From NCBI GenBank assembly GCA_965249625.1, contig OZ252246.1:1415085-1479084 (forward strand): a stretch of DNA of 64,000 nucleotides, written 5' to 3'. Made by a program: the position numbers and the translations under genes. This stretch comes from Nitrospinales bacterium (lineage in GTDB: Bacteria > Nitrospinota > Nitrospinia > Nitrospinales > VA-1). This document shows positions 8,528 through 18,027 of the stretch, piece after piece. Within the stretch, counting starts at the first letter, position 1. Every line of letters begins with the position of its first letter. Below the pieces are notes generated by a model. The model had not been told where the DNA came from, did no database searches, and saw nothing but the letters and a program-made list of their open reading frames with translations.

Positions 8528-10297
8528 ATGAAAGGTATCGCCGTATCAAAAGGGGTTGTAATCGGAAAAGCGTACCTGCTTGATTCAACCAAATTCTGCA
8601 TCATCAAGCACCAGGTCAGCGAACTTGAAGCAGAAAAAGAGGTTGAGCGCTTTCACGAAGCCATTGAAAAAACCAAGCTCCAAATGGCGGAAATAAAAAA
8701 GCGTGCTGAAAAAATTGCCGATAAATATGCGGTTATTTTGGATACCTATACCCTGCTTCTGGATGATGACATCCTGGTTAACGATACCATTGAAAATATC
8801 AAAAAATATAAAACCAATGCAGAGTGGGCCCTCACCCAAACTTTAAATAATTTTTTTAAACTGTTTGACAATATCAACGATGACTATTTGAAGGGTAAAA
8901 AAGACGACCTCGACCTGCTGGTTCAGACTATTTTGAAAAACCTCATTGGCCATTCCCAGGAATCCCTGTCTGATATTCAGGAGCCAGTTATTATTGCAAC
9001 CCATTCCCTGAGTCCCTCCGACACCATAATGATGCCCAAAAACTTCGTCAAAGGCCTGATCACCGAGGCAGGAGGGAAAACATCCCATGTGGGCATATTT
9101 GCCGCGGCGCTGGGAATCCCTGCTATCACCGGAGTCAAAGAGATCACTTCAAAAATAAATTCCGGGGATCAGATCATTGTTGACGGCATTGATGGCGAGG
9201 TCATCATCAGCCCCTCCAGTGAAACGATACAACAGTACTCAAAGAAAAAGGAGAACTACCGCAAATATGAAGAACGGTTATTGGCCAATATCCATCAACC
9301 GGCAGAAACACTCGACGGACACCATATTAAACTGCTGGCCAATATCGAGTCCAATCAGGAGGTCAAAAGCCTTCATAAATTTGGGGTCGAAGGTGTAGGA
9401 CTTTACCGCACAGAGTTCCTTTATTTGGCGGCAGCTACCCTGCCGGGAGAAAGAGAACTCTATGAAAATTTCAAACAAGTTGTCCAGGAAATGGACACCC
9501 GGCCCGTTGTTATTCGCACCTTGGATATCGGAATGGACAAACAATTCAGCGATGTCAGAAACAGCGATGAAGACAATCCCGCCCTCGGCTTAAGAGGCAT
9601 TCGCTTGTCTCTTTCTCAACCGCAGCTATTCACAAACCAGTTAAAAGGCATATTGAGGGCGAGCTTATATGGAAATGTGAAAATTCTTTACCCCATGATC
9701 TCTTCGACAACGGAAATTATTCAAGCCAACAAGATCCTGGAGGACGCAAAGAACCAATTGCGGAAAGAGCAAATTCCATTTAATGAAGAAATAGAAGTCG
9801 GTGCTATGATAGAAACCCCGGCAGCGGCCATCTGCATTGATCATATTCTCAAAGAAGTGGACTTCATCAGCATTGGCACCAACGATTTAATCCAGTATCT
9901 TCTGGCAGTAGATCGAGTCAATCAGAGCGTCGCACACCTGTATCAGCCCTTTCATCCTTCCGTGTTAAGATCATTAAAAAATATTATGCAGTCTGCAGAA
10001 AATGCTGGCAAAAAGGTTTCCATTTGTGGAGAGCTTGGGGGAGACCCGATAGCAACCATGCTGTTATTAGGCTTGGGGGAAATTGATGATTTGAGCATGG
10101 AGCCTCATTCGGTTCCAAAAGTAAAAAAAATCATTCGCACCATTCGGCTTGAAGAAGCGCGCCAATTGGCCGATGATGTTTTGGAGATGAGTTGCCCCGA
10201 CGAAATAACATCCTTCATCACCAATGCAATGAGAATCCGCTTTCCAGAAGATTTTGACCGGGACCTCAGCTTTGAGGAGAGATTGAATCCCGCCTGA
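8528..10297 (+). CDS. ptsI: phosphoenolpyruvate-protein phosphotransferase (Enzyme I), no GAF domain
   Basis: GGKTSHVGIFAAALGIPA phospho-His region, LYRTEFLY, GTNDLIQY. Starts directly with the EI N-domain. Confidence 0.9.
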   Translation: MKGIAVSKGVVIGKAYLLDSTKFCIIKHQVSELEAEKEVERFHEAIEKTKLQMAEIKKRAEKIADKYAVILDTYTLLLDDDILVNDTIENIKKYKTNAEWALTQTLNNFFKLFDNINDDYLKGKKDDLDLLVQTILKNLIGHSQESLSDIQEPVIIATHSLSPSDTIMMPKNFVKGLITEAGGKTSHVGIFAAALGIPAITGVKEITSKINSGDQIIVDGIDGEVIISPSSETIQQYSKKKENYRKYEERLLANIHQPAETLDGHHIKLLANIESNQEVKSLHKFGVEGVGLYRTEFLYLAAATLPGERELYENFKQVVQEMDTRPVVIRTLDIGMDKQFSDVRNSDEDNPALGLRGIRLSLSQPQLFTNQLKGILRASLYGNVKILYPMISSTTEIIQANKILEDAKNQLRKEQIPFNEEIEVGAMIETPAAAICIDHILKEVDFISIGTNDLIQYLLAVDRVNQSVAHLYQPFHPSVLRSLKNIMQSAENAGKKVSICGELGGDPIATMLLLGLGEIDDLSMEPHSVPKVKKIIRTIRLEEARQLADDVLEMSCPDEITSFITNAMRIRFPEDFDRDLSFEERLNPA

Positions 10298-10369
10298 CAT
10301 TACTTAAACCATAAATGAACTATTTATCTAAATTTAATTTTTAACCTTCCCAAAATAAGGAAATTTTTA

Positions 10370-11530
10370 ATGCGCTCAGTAAATTATTTATTCACCTCAG
10401 AATCTGTATCCGAAGGACATCCCGACAAGATAGCGGATCAGGTTTCCGATTCCATTCTGGACGCGATATTAGAGCAGGACCCCAAAGCAAGAGTTGCTTG
10501 TGAAACGATGATCACCACTGGCTTCGCTGTGATTGCTGGAGAAATCTCGACCGACTGTTATGTGGAAATTCCTAAAATTGTCAGGAACACCATAAAAAAT
10601 ATAGGGTTCTCCCACTCCGATATGGGTTTTGATTTTGAAACCTGCGGCGTAATGGTTGCGCTCGACGAACAATCCAAAGATATCGCCCAAGGGGTAGACG
10701 ATGACAAGCGCGAGCAAGGTGCCGGGGACCAGGGAATGATGTTCGGCTATGCCAGCGATGAAACTCCGGAACTGATGCCAGCACCCATTATGTATTCCCA
10801 TAAACTGGTGCGTAAGCTTGCTGAATTGAGAAAAAAGGGAGTGCTCCCCTATTTGAGACCTGACAGCAAATCTCAGGTCTCGGTCAGGTATGAGAACAAT
10901 AAGCCTGTCAGCATTGAAACGGTCGTCATTTCAACCCAACATGATCCCGGCGTCTCCAACAAACAATTACGCTCCGAAATAACGGAACTTGTGATTCAAA
11001 AAGTCATTCCGAAAAAACTGCAACATAAAAAGATGAAAGTCCATATCAATCCAACAGGACGCTTTGTTATTGGCGGCCCGCACGGCGATTGCGGTTTAAC
11101 GGGAAGAAAAATTATAGTAGATACCTATGGCGGGTTCGCCCGGCATGGTGGAGGTGCCTTTTCGGGAAAAGATCCGTCCAAGGTCGACCGCTCCGCCGCC
11201 TATATGGCCCGCTACATCGCTAAAAACCTGGTTGCGGCCAAGGTGGCCCACCGATGCGAAGTTCAGCTTGCCTACGCCATTGGGGTTGCTGACCCCGTTT
11301 CAGTTTGCGTGGAAACTTTTGGAACTCATAACGTCGACCCGAATATCATGGAAGATCTGGTCCGGTCCCATTTCAACCTCAAGCCCGCGGGCATTGTTAA
11401 AACGCTGGATCTCTTGAAACCCCGTTACCTGTCAACTGCGGCTTATGGACATTTTGGCAGAAAGGAAAGTTCTTTCACGTGGGAGAAAACAGATAAAGCC
11501 AAAGCCATCAAAAAGGATGCAGGATTATAA
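10370..11530 (+). CDS. metK: S-adenosylmethionine synthetase
   Basis: [48 protein letters not shown]. Confidence 0.97.
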   Translation: MRSVNYLFTSESVSEGHPDKIADQVSDSILDAILEQDPKARVACETMITTGFAVIAGEISTDCYVEIPKIVRNTIKNIGFSHSDMGFDFETCGVMVALDEQSKDIAQGVDDDKREQGAGDQGMMFGYASDETPELMPAPIMYSHKLVRKLAELRKKGVLPYLRPDSKSQVSVRYENNKPVSIETVVISTQHDPGVSNKQLRSEITELVIQKVIPKKLQHKKMKVHINPTGRFVIGGPHGDCGLTGRKIIVDTYGGFARHGGGAFSGKDPSKVDRSAAYMARYIAKNLVAAKVAHRCEVQLAYAIGVADPVSVCVETFGTHNVDPNIMEDLVRSHFNLKPAGIVKTLDLLKPRYLSTAAYGHFGRKESSFTWEKTDKAKAIKKDAGL

Positions 11531-11692
11531 AGCAAGGAAGGATGTGGCTTTGCCCAGGGGTGCTTGATAGCCGTTCGGGCCGCCCCCACCAAAAACCGCT
11601 TCTTTAATTTTATCACTTAGGTTTTCCGGTTTAACAGGTTTTACCAGATAATCTTTAACCCGCCTGCACAGCCTCAATGACCTTATCGCGCT
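11525..11692 (-). pseudogene. response-regulator receiver domain, C-terminal fragment
   Basis: ERDKVIEAVQAG in one frame is joined to VKDYLVKPVKPENLSDKIKEAV in another. There is no N-terminal phospho-acceptor part. Confidence 0.4.
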
Positions 11693-11705
11693 CTGGGGAA
11701 GGAAC

Positions 11706-12225
11706 ATGAGGTTCAGCGGTATGAACGTCATGACGTTGGGAATCATTTATGAAACCCTGCTTCGCTGGTTGCCTGGCACCCAGTGGGTCAAGGTAGAAGC
11801 TCGAATTTTTAACGATACGGCTATTGATCCGGAAACCGGTGAACCCATAAAAATAGAAATTCCCGATTACCTCTCGGTGCAAATGAATTTGCAGGGGGGG
11901 CATTCCCGGGACTTTGTTGATCAGCGAAACAGGCTCTCATGCGGGCAAACCCAATGTCAAAATCGTTGGGGAACAAGGAACCCTGGTTTTGGAGTTGGTC
12001 CCGGACGGCAAGTTATATTTTGGCCACCACAATCAAACAGAAGAAGTTCCTATTCCTCCAAATCTGCGCGGGACCTGGAAAGTCGAAGAAGAATTCATCA
12101 ACGCAATTAGGAATAAAACACCATTCACTCACACCTCGTTTTCAACCGGAGTGGAATACATGCGCTTTACAGAAGCGGTCTATCGCAGTTACCGCAACAA
12201 CGGCACCCGGGTGCCTCTGTCCTGA
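11706..12225 (+). pseudogene. Gfo/Idh/MocA-family oxidoreductase, 5'-truncated and frameshifted
   Basis: Only the C-terminal domain is present (..SGMNVMTLGIIYETLLRWL..). The frame changes within the G7 run at 11894-11900 and continues GGIPGTLLISETGSHAGKPNVKIVGEQGTL... Confidence 0.6.
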
Positions 12226-12251
12226 ATGATGCCTTCATTCATCCTCACCAG

Positions 12252-13001
12252 TTAAGATGGACACATTAATTTTCCGGTTGCTAAGAAAGCGCTCCCGGCA
12301 TAGACCTCTTCAATATGCTGAACCTCGAAACCCGCCCGTTTCATTTCCAGAGAGAACTCTTCGCGGGTATAAGCCTTCCACTCCCCCGATCTGAGTTGCT
12401 TTTGAATGAACCGCAACCCTACAGACTTGGTGAAAGGATAAATCAGGCACTGCTTAATAAGACTATCTAAGAATCCATCGCGAACCCTGACCAGCCTGAT
12501 ACTTTCTTTGATAATGGAATCCGCATCATAATCGGCGGAGGGATTTACGAGAATAAGCAATCCTTCCGGTTTCATGACAGCCTTCAAATTCTCCAAAGCC
12601 TTCTGTCTGTTTTCAGGGGATTCGAGAGCATAAAGTGAAAAATGCCCGACGACCACATCGAATTTTTGTCCCTCCAATGAGAAAGAAGATGTTAAATCGG
12701 ACTGAAAACAGGAAACCCGGTCGGCAATGCTCAACTCTTGAGCACGAAGCAAGGCCTGTTTCACTCCTGCTCCCAGGATATCCAGCCCGGTATATACCAT
12801 GCCCTCTCGAATACGCGCTTTAAGAAAACGCAAAAGAAGGCCGGAACCGCAACCCGCATCCAACAGGTTTAAGGATTTTCCCTCAGGCAAAGCAGCAACC
12901 ACCCGCCGCATCGATTCAAAATAGGATTCTGGAGACAGTCGGTCATAGAGACGGGATTGAAATCCCACCAACCAATAGTTCCTGCTGTAAAACTTACTCA
13001 T
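12252..13001 (-). CDS. class I SAM-dependent methyltransferase
   Basis: Motif I LLDAGCGSGLL with an acidic post-I residue (YTGLD). Confidence 0.85.
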   Translation of the reverse strand: MSKFYSRNYWLVGFQSRLYDRLSPESYFESMRRVVAALPEGKSLNLLDAGCGSGLLLRFLKARIREGMVYTGLDILGAGVKQALLRAQELSIADRVSCFQSDLTSSFSLEGQKFDVVVGHFSLYALESPENRQKALENLKAVMKPEGLLILVNPSADYDADSIIKESIRLVRVRDGFLDSLIKQCLIYPFTKSVGLRFIQKQLRSGEWKAYTREEFSLEMKRAGFEVQHIEEVYAGSAFLATGKLMCPS

Positions 13002-13088
13002 GGTTTTTCTGAAAATTAAAAATTCAACCGCTTGTCAGCCACCGAGCAAAAGAATATAATTACTGCTGTAACCAAAAGGAGTAGCTGG

Positions 13089-13526
13089 ATGGCAAAAAAA
13101 CCTTTTATCAATAAACACGGGTTTGTGGAGTACCCGTTTCTCCATGACACTCGCAAACAGAAGAACTGGTGGTTTTATAACTTGTTGGAAGACCACCTCA
13201 AACGCCGGGCCCGTCAAAAGGTCGGCCCTAATTATACTCGCGACGATTGTGAGGATGATTTCAAAAGAATCCTGGCCGGAACCAACCTGAAATTTTATGT
13301 CTTGCTCCCTTCAGGAATGGGAATGGAATTCAAGTTGATCGGGAAATATAAAACCCCCGAACTTATAGAAATTGAAGACCCGGTTCCTTATATCACCGAA
13401 AAATATGGTGGTGGAAAATTCAAGGTCAATATCTATCACGAAGGTACCTTCGCCGGAACAGAAAATTTTAAAGCCCATGGCGACCCCAAGTGGGTTGAAA
13501 TTGAAGATGACAACCCAACAGGCTGA
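13089..13526 (+). CDS. hypothetical protein
   Basis: ORF with AGGAG 7 nt upstream of the ATG at 13089. No motifs recognised. Confidence 0.5.
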   Translation: MAKKPFINKHGFVEYPFLHDTRKQKNWWFYNLLEDHLKRRARQKVGPNYTRDDCEDDFKRILAGTNLKFYVLLPSGMGMEFKLIGKYKTPELIEIEDPVPYITEKYGGGKFKVNIYHEGTFAGTENFKAHGDPKWVEIEDDNPTG

Positions 13527-13615
13527 AAATTTTCGATATGCCTGTGGATAACAGCAAGCTTATATATTCTGAGGGTTGTCCTAATTACAAAAAAGTGTTT
13601 GGAATTATAAGAAGT

Positions 13616-14032
13616 TTAATCCAATTCTTCGTCGGGATTGCGCGGCTTCTGAATGGTAGGGACAGTGAACTTGAGGCTTGATGGCAAGGTGGAGGCTTTT
13701 TTCCCGTAGGCAATATTCCCGCTTTCCCCTTCCAGTCCAATATAGATATTTTCGTTTTTGACCTTTACCGGATAGGTCGGGATAAACAGTTCCGGGTTTT
13801 GCATATTCGCCCCGGTCTCCAGTTTGAAACGCCATTCATGATTAGGACAGATCACAATGCCTTCTTCAATACGCCCTTCTCCTAAAGGCGCACCTCTATG
13901 CGGGCACTTGTTGGCGACGGCATAATATTTTCCCTTATAGTTAAAAAGAGCGATCTCATCCTCACCCGCTGATATGATGGCGGACTTGCCAATAGGAAGA
14001 TCCTCCTCAGTCATGACTTTGACGTATTTCAT
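13616..14032 (-). CDS. Rieske [2Fe-2S] domain protein (NirD-like)
   Basis: CPHRGAPLGEG ... CPNHEWRF, the two Cys-His ligand boxes. Confidence 0.85.
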   Translation of the reverse strand: MKYVKVMTEEDLPIGKSAIISAGEDEIALFNYKGKYYAVANKCPHRGAPLGEGRIEEGIVICPNHEWRFKLETGANMQNPELFIPTYPVKVKNENIYIGLEGESGNIAYGKKASTLPSSLKFTVPTIQKPRNPDEELD

Positions 14033-14038
14033 AAAGTT

Positions 14039-15400
14039 TCAGCTTTCCTTCTCTGGCTCTTCGCCTTCTTTACAATACTCGATCTCGCAGTTTGAGTAGA
14101 TAAAGTTCATGGTTTTCTGCCCCAGCAACTTGGTCGTGGTCTGGCTTAACGAATCCGGGTTGGACATGATGCGTTTTTGGATATCTTCCACCTTCTGCTT
14201 CGTCTGTTTGGCCAGTAGTTCATATTCGCCTTCCATGTCCTGTTGAGTCAGATGAATATTTTCGGCAGCGGCAACGGACTCTAACATCATATAACCAGTG
14301 GTGTTAAAGATGGCTTTTTCTCTCCATTCCTTCACCGCTTTTTCAGGCTCAAATCCGGAGTCCCCCAGCTTCATTCCTGACTGGGCAATTTGAAACTTCA
14401 TGCCTTCTATCATGAATTTCAATTCCCGCTCTATCACCGATTCCGGCGGACCCGTCTCGGCATCTTTGACCAGCATGTTAAAAATATCCTCTTTAATTCT
14501 TAGCTCTTCATGCTGCTCTTTATGGTTTTGCAGGTCAATCTTGATGGCCCGACGAAGTTCAAGGACGGTGTCAAAACCTTCCCGATGAGCAATTTCATCG
14601 GTTAATTCCGGCAAGTGCAGTTTTCTTATTTTTTTAATTTTAACTTTAAAAATGGCCCGGTCATCTGCCTGCTTTTCGTCGACCCCCGGAATGGGAAAAC
14701 TGATCCGGCGCATTTTCTGGTTCCAGTCGGCGGGGAGGACGGCCTTCACCTCAAAATCCTCATCCTGGATATGCCCGATCAACTGCTCCTCGAAACTGGG
14801 AATCATTTTCTTTTCACCCACCCGCATTTCATGGTCTTTCGCGCTGCCATTTTCCAACGTTTCCCCATTCATCTTGCCCTTAAAGTCCAAAGTCAGGATG
14901 TCTCCATCCTGAACCGCATAACCCGCAGGCATGTCTTCCAGAGAACCCTGGCGACTGAGAACCTTTATCAGGGTTTCTTCAACATCCTCGTCCTTGACAA
15001 CCGCTTCCTTCTTTTTAAATTTAAGCCCTTTGTAATCCTTAACTTTTAATTCCGGTTTGATGTCAAGAATCACGGTAAACTTCAAAGGCTCATCGCGTTT
15101 CATATCCTGCATCCCAGAGTGATCGATCTCCGGCTGGCCCGTAGGTTTGAGTCCGGATTTATGAAGTGCCTCTTCATAATATTCCTGCATCAACTCCTGA
15201 AACATTTCCGTTAAAGACTGCATCGGAACCTGTTTCTCAAGGATTTGCTGAGGAATCTTTCCCGGTCGAAATCCCGGAATCTTAACCTGCTTGTTCAACA
15301 CTTTATAAGCGTCTTTCACTCTCTTCGATACCACATCCTCCGGGATGGTGATATTGATCTTACGCTTCAAACCCTCTAGTTCTTCAACATCAAATTCCAT
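14039..15400 (-). CDS. tig: trigger factor
   Basis: MEFDVEELEGLKRKINITIPEDV..., GFRPGKIP ribosome-binding motif, central PPIase-like and C-terminal domains. Start taken at the internal ATG at 15400. Confidence 0.93.
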   Translation of the reverse strand: MEFDVEELEGLKRKINITIPEDVVSKRVKDAYKVLNKQVKIPGFRPGKIPQQILEKQVPMQSLTEMFQELMQEYYEEALHKSGLKPTGQPEIDHSGMQDMKRDEPLKFTVILDIKPELKVKDYKGLKFKKKEAVVKDEDVEETLIKVLSRQGSLEDMPAGYAVQDGDILTLDFKGKMNGETLENGSAKDHEMRVGEKKMIPSFEEQLIGHIQDEDFEVKAVLPADWNQKMRRISFPIPGVDEKQADDRAIFKVKIKKIRKLHLPELTDEIAHREGFDTVLELRRAIKIDLQNHKEQHEELRIKEDIFNMLVKDAETGPPESVIERELKFMIEGMKFQIAQSGMKLGDSGFEPEKAVKEWREKAIFNTTGYMMLESVAAAENIHLTQQDMEGEYELLAKQTKQKVEDIQKRIMSNPDSLSQTTTKLLGQKTMNFIYSNCEIEYCKEGEEPEKES

Positions 15401-15494
15401 TTTCAAACCTTTCCACCAGGCGTGGCCGGCGAATCGCCGGGGATAATTAGCAAATACACATTTCTCTGTGAAAGCTGCGTTTCGGCGCAACAAG

Positions 15495-16652
15495 TCATTT
15501 CCCAGTTGCCTCCACGGCTGGTGGGGATTTTTTCAGGATCATCTGATCGATTTCCTTTTTCAACTGACCCAGTATCTCTCCATAGGAAAAAGACCCCAGA
15601 GTTTCTGTTCCCTTTTTCAGGTTCACCCGTGTAGGTCCGCACCAGAGCCCCAGATCCGCGTCATCAGTTTCTCCCGGACCGTTCACCCGACACCCCATCA
15701 CCGCGATGGTCAGCTTATACTTTTCAGCATACTCAGTCATCTTCCGCACATCCTGGGCCAGATCGACAAACTTATCATTCTCCACCCTCGAACAACTGGG
15801 GCAAGCAATGATATTCAATCCTTCAAGAAAGTTTTTGGGAACAGAGCGGAAGCGGCCTTCCTCAATATCTTTCAGGATTTCCCGGCCAACCTCAATTTCC
15901 TGACCTTTCTCATCGTTGGGCAGGGTTAGGGAAACGCGAATCGTATCGCCAATCCCGGCAGAGATCAACTGCTCAAAAGCGATCCGGGTCTTAATGATGC
16001 CTTCAGGTGGAAGCCCCGCTTCGGTCACTCCCAGATGTAAAGGAACATCCGGACGTTCTTCAGAAAACCAGCGATTGGCTTCAATGACTTTCTGAGATTC
16101 TGAATCTTTGAGTGAAACACAATAATTTTCAAAACCCATCTCATCAAGCATCTGGCAATGATCGACTGCAGACCGGACCATGGCCTCTACCGAATCGTCT
16201 TTATAACGTTCCTTGTAGTCCGGGTCCACCGAACCGCAGTTGACACCGATGCGAATAGCGCAATCGTTTTTCTTCGCCGCGTTAACGATGATCTCCACTT
16301 TTTCACGAATGGACTTTTCTTTTTCCAGATGGAACAAGTGTCCCGGATTGTAACGAATCTTATTCACTAAAGGAGCAACGATGGGTGCCAGCTTGTAATT
16401 TTCCTGCAGGTCCACCGACCACACACTTTCGGGAAATTTTTGCCGCAGGATTCTAAGGGCTTCCACATCCTTTTCGTTGTCCACGGCAATACGGATAACA
16501 TCGGCTTGAGCCGCTTCCAGAACCTCAATCTGTCTGGTCGTGGCTTCGAGATTCTGAGTTTGGGTCGCCGCCATGCTTTGTACTGCAATAGGGGCATCGC
16601 CACCAATCTCAATTTTGCCAATACGTATTTTTCGTGTTTTTCTCGGTCTCAT
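15495..16652 (-). CDS. ispG: 4-hydroxy-3-methylbut-2-enyl diphosphate synthase
   Basis: [36 protein letters not shown] and GC.VNGPGE cluster ligands. Confidence 0.95.
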   Translation of the reverse strand: MRPRKTRKIRIGKIEIGGDAPIAVQSMAATQTQNLEATTRQIEVLEAAQADVIRIAVDNEKDVEALRILRQKFPESVWSVDLQENYKLAPIVAPLVNKIRYNPGHLFHLEKEKSIREKVEIIVNAAKKNDCAIRIGVNCGSVDPDYKERYKDDSVEAMVRSAVDHCQMLDEMGFENYCVSLKDSESQKVIEANRWFSEERPDVPLHLGVTEAGLPPEGIIKTRIAFEQLISAGIGDTIRVSLTLPNDEKGQEIEVGREILKDIEEGRFRSVPKNFLEGLNIIACPSCSRVENDKFVDLAQDVRKMTEYAEKYKLTIAVMGCRVNGPGETDDADLGLWCGPTRVNLKKGTETLGSFSYGEILGQLKKEIDQMILKKSPPAVEATGK

Positions 16653-16900
16653 ATGTATCGCGTTCCTGTAGGGTCCTCTGGGTCAAAAGTAGAGATTAAC
16701 AAATAAAGGGTTCCAGAACAAGGAAGCTCTTATCCCGAAGATTGGCCCACCCTGGAATTTTCCTGGTTATGGGTGCGATCCAAAGGGAATGGGATCGTGA
16801 CTCCAACTCAGACCGGCTCAATTCCAGATAACGTGCAGACAATTTATTTTATTTCCACTTTAGTTGTGAAACTCACTTATCATACTGTCATTGTATCAGG

Positions 16901-17172
16901 GAGAGCTTTGCGTAAGTCGAAAAAAAACAGAAAAGCGAGATTACCTCTTCGGGGCACGAGGGCTTGAGTTAAACATCACGTCTTCACGGAGCCTGTGCTG
17001 AGCGAAGCCGAAGCATTCAGAATGACAATACAAGGCTATTTGTCATTCTGAGGAACAAGGTGACGAAGACGTGATATTTTTCCTTAAACTTCGTGCCCCA
17101 CAGGGGTATGTGATATCCTCTTCATTGAACTTCATGCCCCGAAGGGGTAATCCGGGGTTATGCAAAGGTCTC
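16901..17172. mobile_element. MITE-like element (272 bp) with 16-bp TIRs and a perfect 9-bp TSD
   Basis: The ends are GAGAGCTTTGCGTAAG and (reverse complement) GAGACCTTTGCATAAC. It is flanked by TGTATCAGG at 16892-16900 and 17173-17181. Confidence 0.8.
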
Positions 17173-17967
17173 TGTATCAGGAAGGAGTTCCCGACCAATT
17201 GCAAAAGCCGATGTGAAACGCTCCAGTCCATGACTACCACCATTGACCAACCTTCGCGCTCCTTTCAGGTCTCCCTCCAGCAATTCCTTTTTGATTCTTA
17301 TTTCTTTAAATGCTAGAAAGCTGGCCAGCAAACGGGAGGCAATATCGGGCTCATTGGCCAGGTCCGGTTGCTCCAGCAAGTCCTCTTCAATAACATTGCC
17401 ATGAACCGCGTAATTATCGCGCCCGGTCAACTGGATAAAACCACGGCCTTTAAACCGCTCACCATCTGGAGGTCCATGGTTACCAAGGTCTTCACGGAAA
17501 TCGTACAGGTCGAAAGGGTGCCCATCGGGCGAGGTATTAAATCGGGAACGAAATTCGCTGATAGGACGGAACCCTTCCGTTTCCGCTCGAATGGTTGCCA
17601 AAGCCACCAGAACCATTCCTTGATCCACCAACCCTTGCTGTTCGAGACCATTCAGCACAAAGGGGAGATATGTTTCTATATTCGCAACGGGCGTATGAGG
17701 AAACATTCGGGCCACGATCGAAACCGTGACCGCTGGAAGAATAGAAACCACCTCAACCGGATCTTCAGGGATCAAGGCAGAAAGAGTGCGTGGCCCGGCT
17801 ATGCCATCATCCAGCAGGCCTTTACTTTTTTGAAAAGCCATCAAAGCCGATTCGGTTCCCGGCCCGAACTCACCGTCAATCGACCCGGGATTAAAACTAC
17901 CCTTCTTCAGTATTTTTTGCAATGCCTCGACTTCCGACCCGGACGAATGCAACCTTAAAGTTTTCAT
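17158..17967 (-). CDS. peptidoglycan-binding domain plus GH19 (chitinase/lysozyme-like) muramidase
   Basis: N-terminal PG_binding_1 (GSEVEALQKIL..DGEFGPGTESALMAFQ). C-terminal RAETEGF...KGRGFIQLTGRDNY GH19-type motifs. Confidence 0.8.
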   Translation of the reverse strand: MKTLRLHSSGSEVEALQKILKKGSFNPGSIDGEFGPGTESALMAFQKSKGLLDDGIAGPRTLSALIPEDPVEVVSILPAVTVSIVARMFPHTPVANIETYLPFVLNGLEQQGLVDQGMVLVALATIRAETEGFRPISEFRSRFNTSPDGHPFDLYDFREDLGNHGPPDGERFKGRGFIQLTGRDNYAVHGNVIEEDLLEQPDLANEPDIASRLLASFLAFKEIRIKKELLEGDLKGARRLVNGGSHGLERFTSAFAIGRELLPDTETFA

Positions 17968-18027
17968 AGCGACGCTCAGGAATGCTAATATAATAGAAAA
18001 TTGAAATAACTTTACTATTCTTACAAC

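Noticed and set aside
10298-10369. SAM riboswitch upstream of metK
   Set aside because: The intergenic region is only ~70 nt, AT-rich and without the paired GC-rich helices a SAM-I or SAM-II element needs.
11706-12110. 134-aa ORF taken as an intact gene
   Set aside because: Its second half is nonsense. The homologous Gfo/Idh/MocA sequence continues in another frame after the G7 run, so I treat it as part of one frameshifted pseudogene.
16773-17316. Short ORFs (64-81 aa) across the repeat block. Similar ORFs occur at 27932-28153, 32006-32450, 30542-30733 and 48559-48620.
   Set aside because: They are translations of MITE or hairpin-repeat DNA. The same peptides recur wherever the repeat occurs, in both orientations.
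17158-17967. Prophage call based on the endolysin-like gene
   Set aside because: There are no capsid, tail, integrase, holin or att-like features nearby. A single gene is insufficient evidence.
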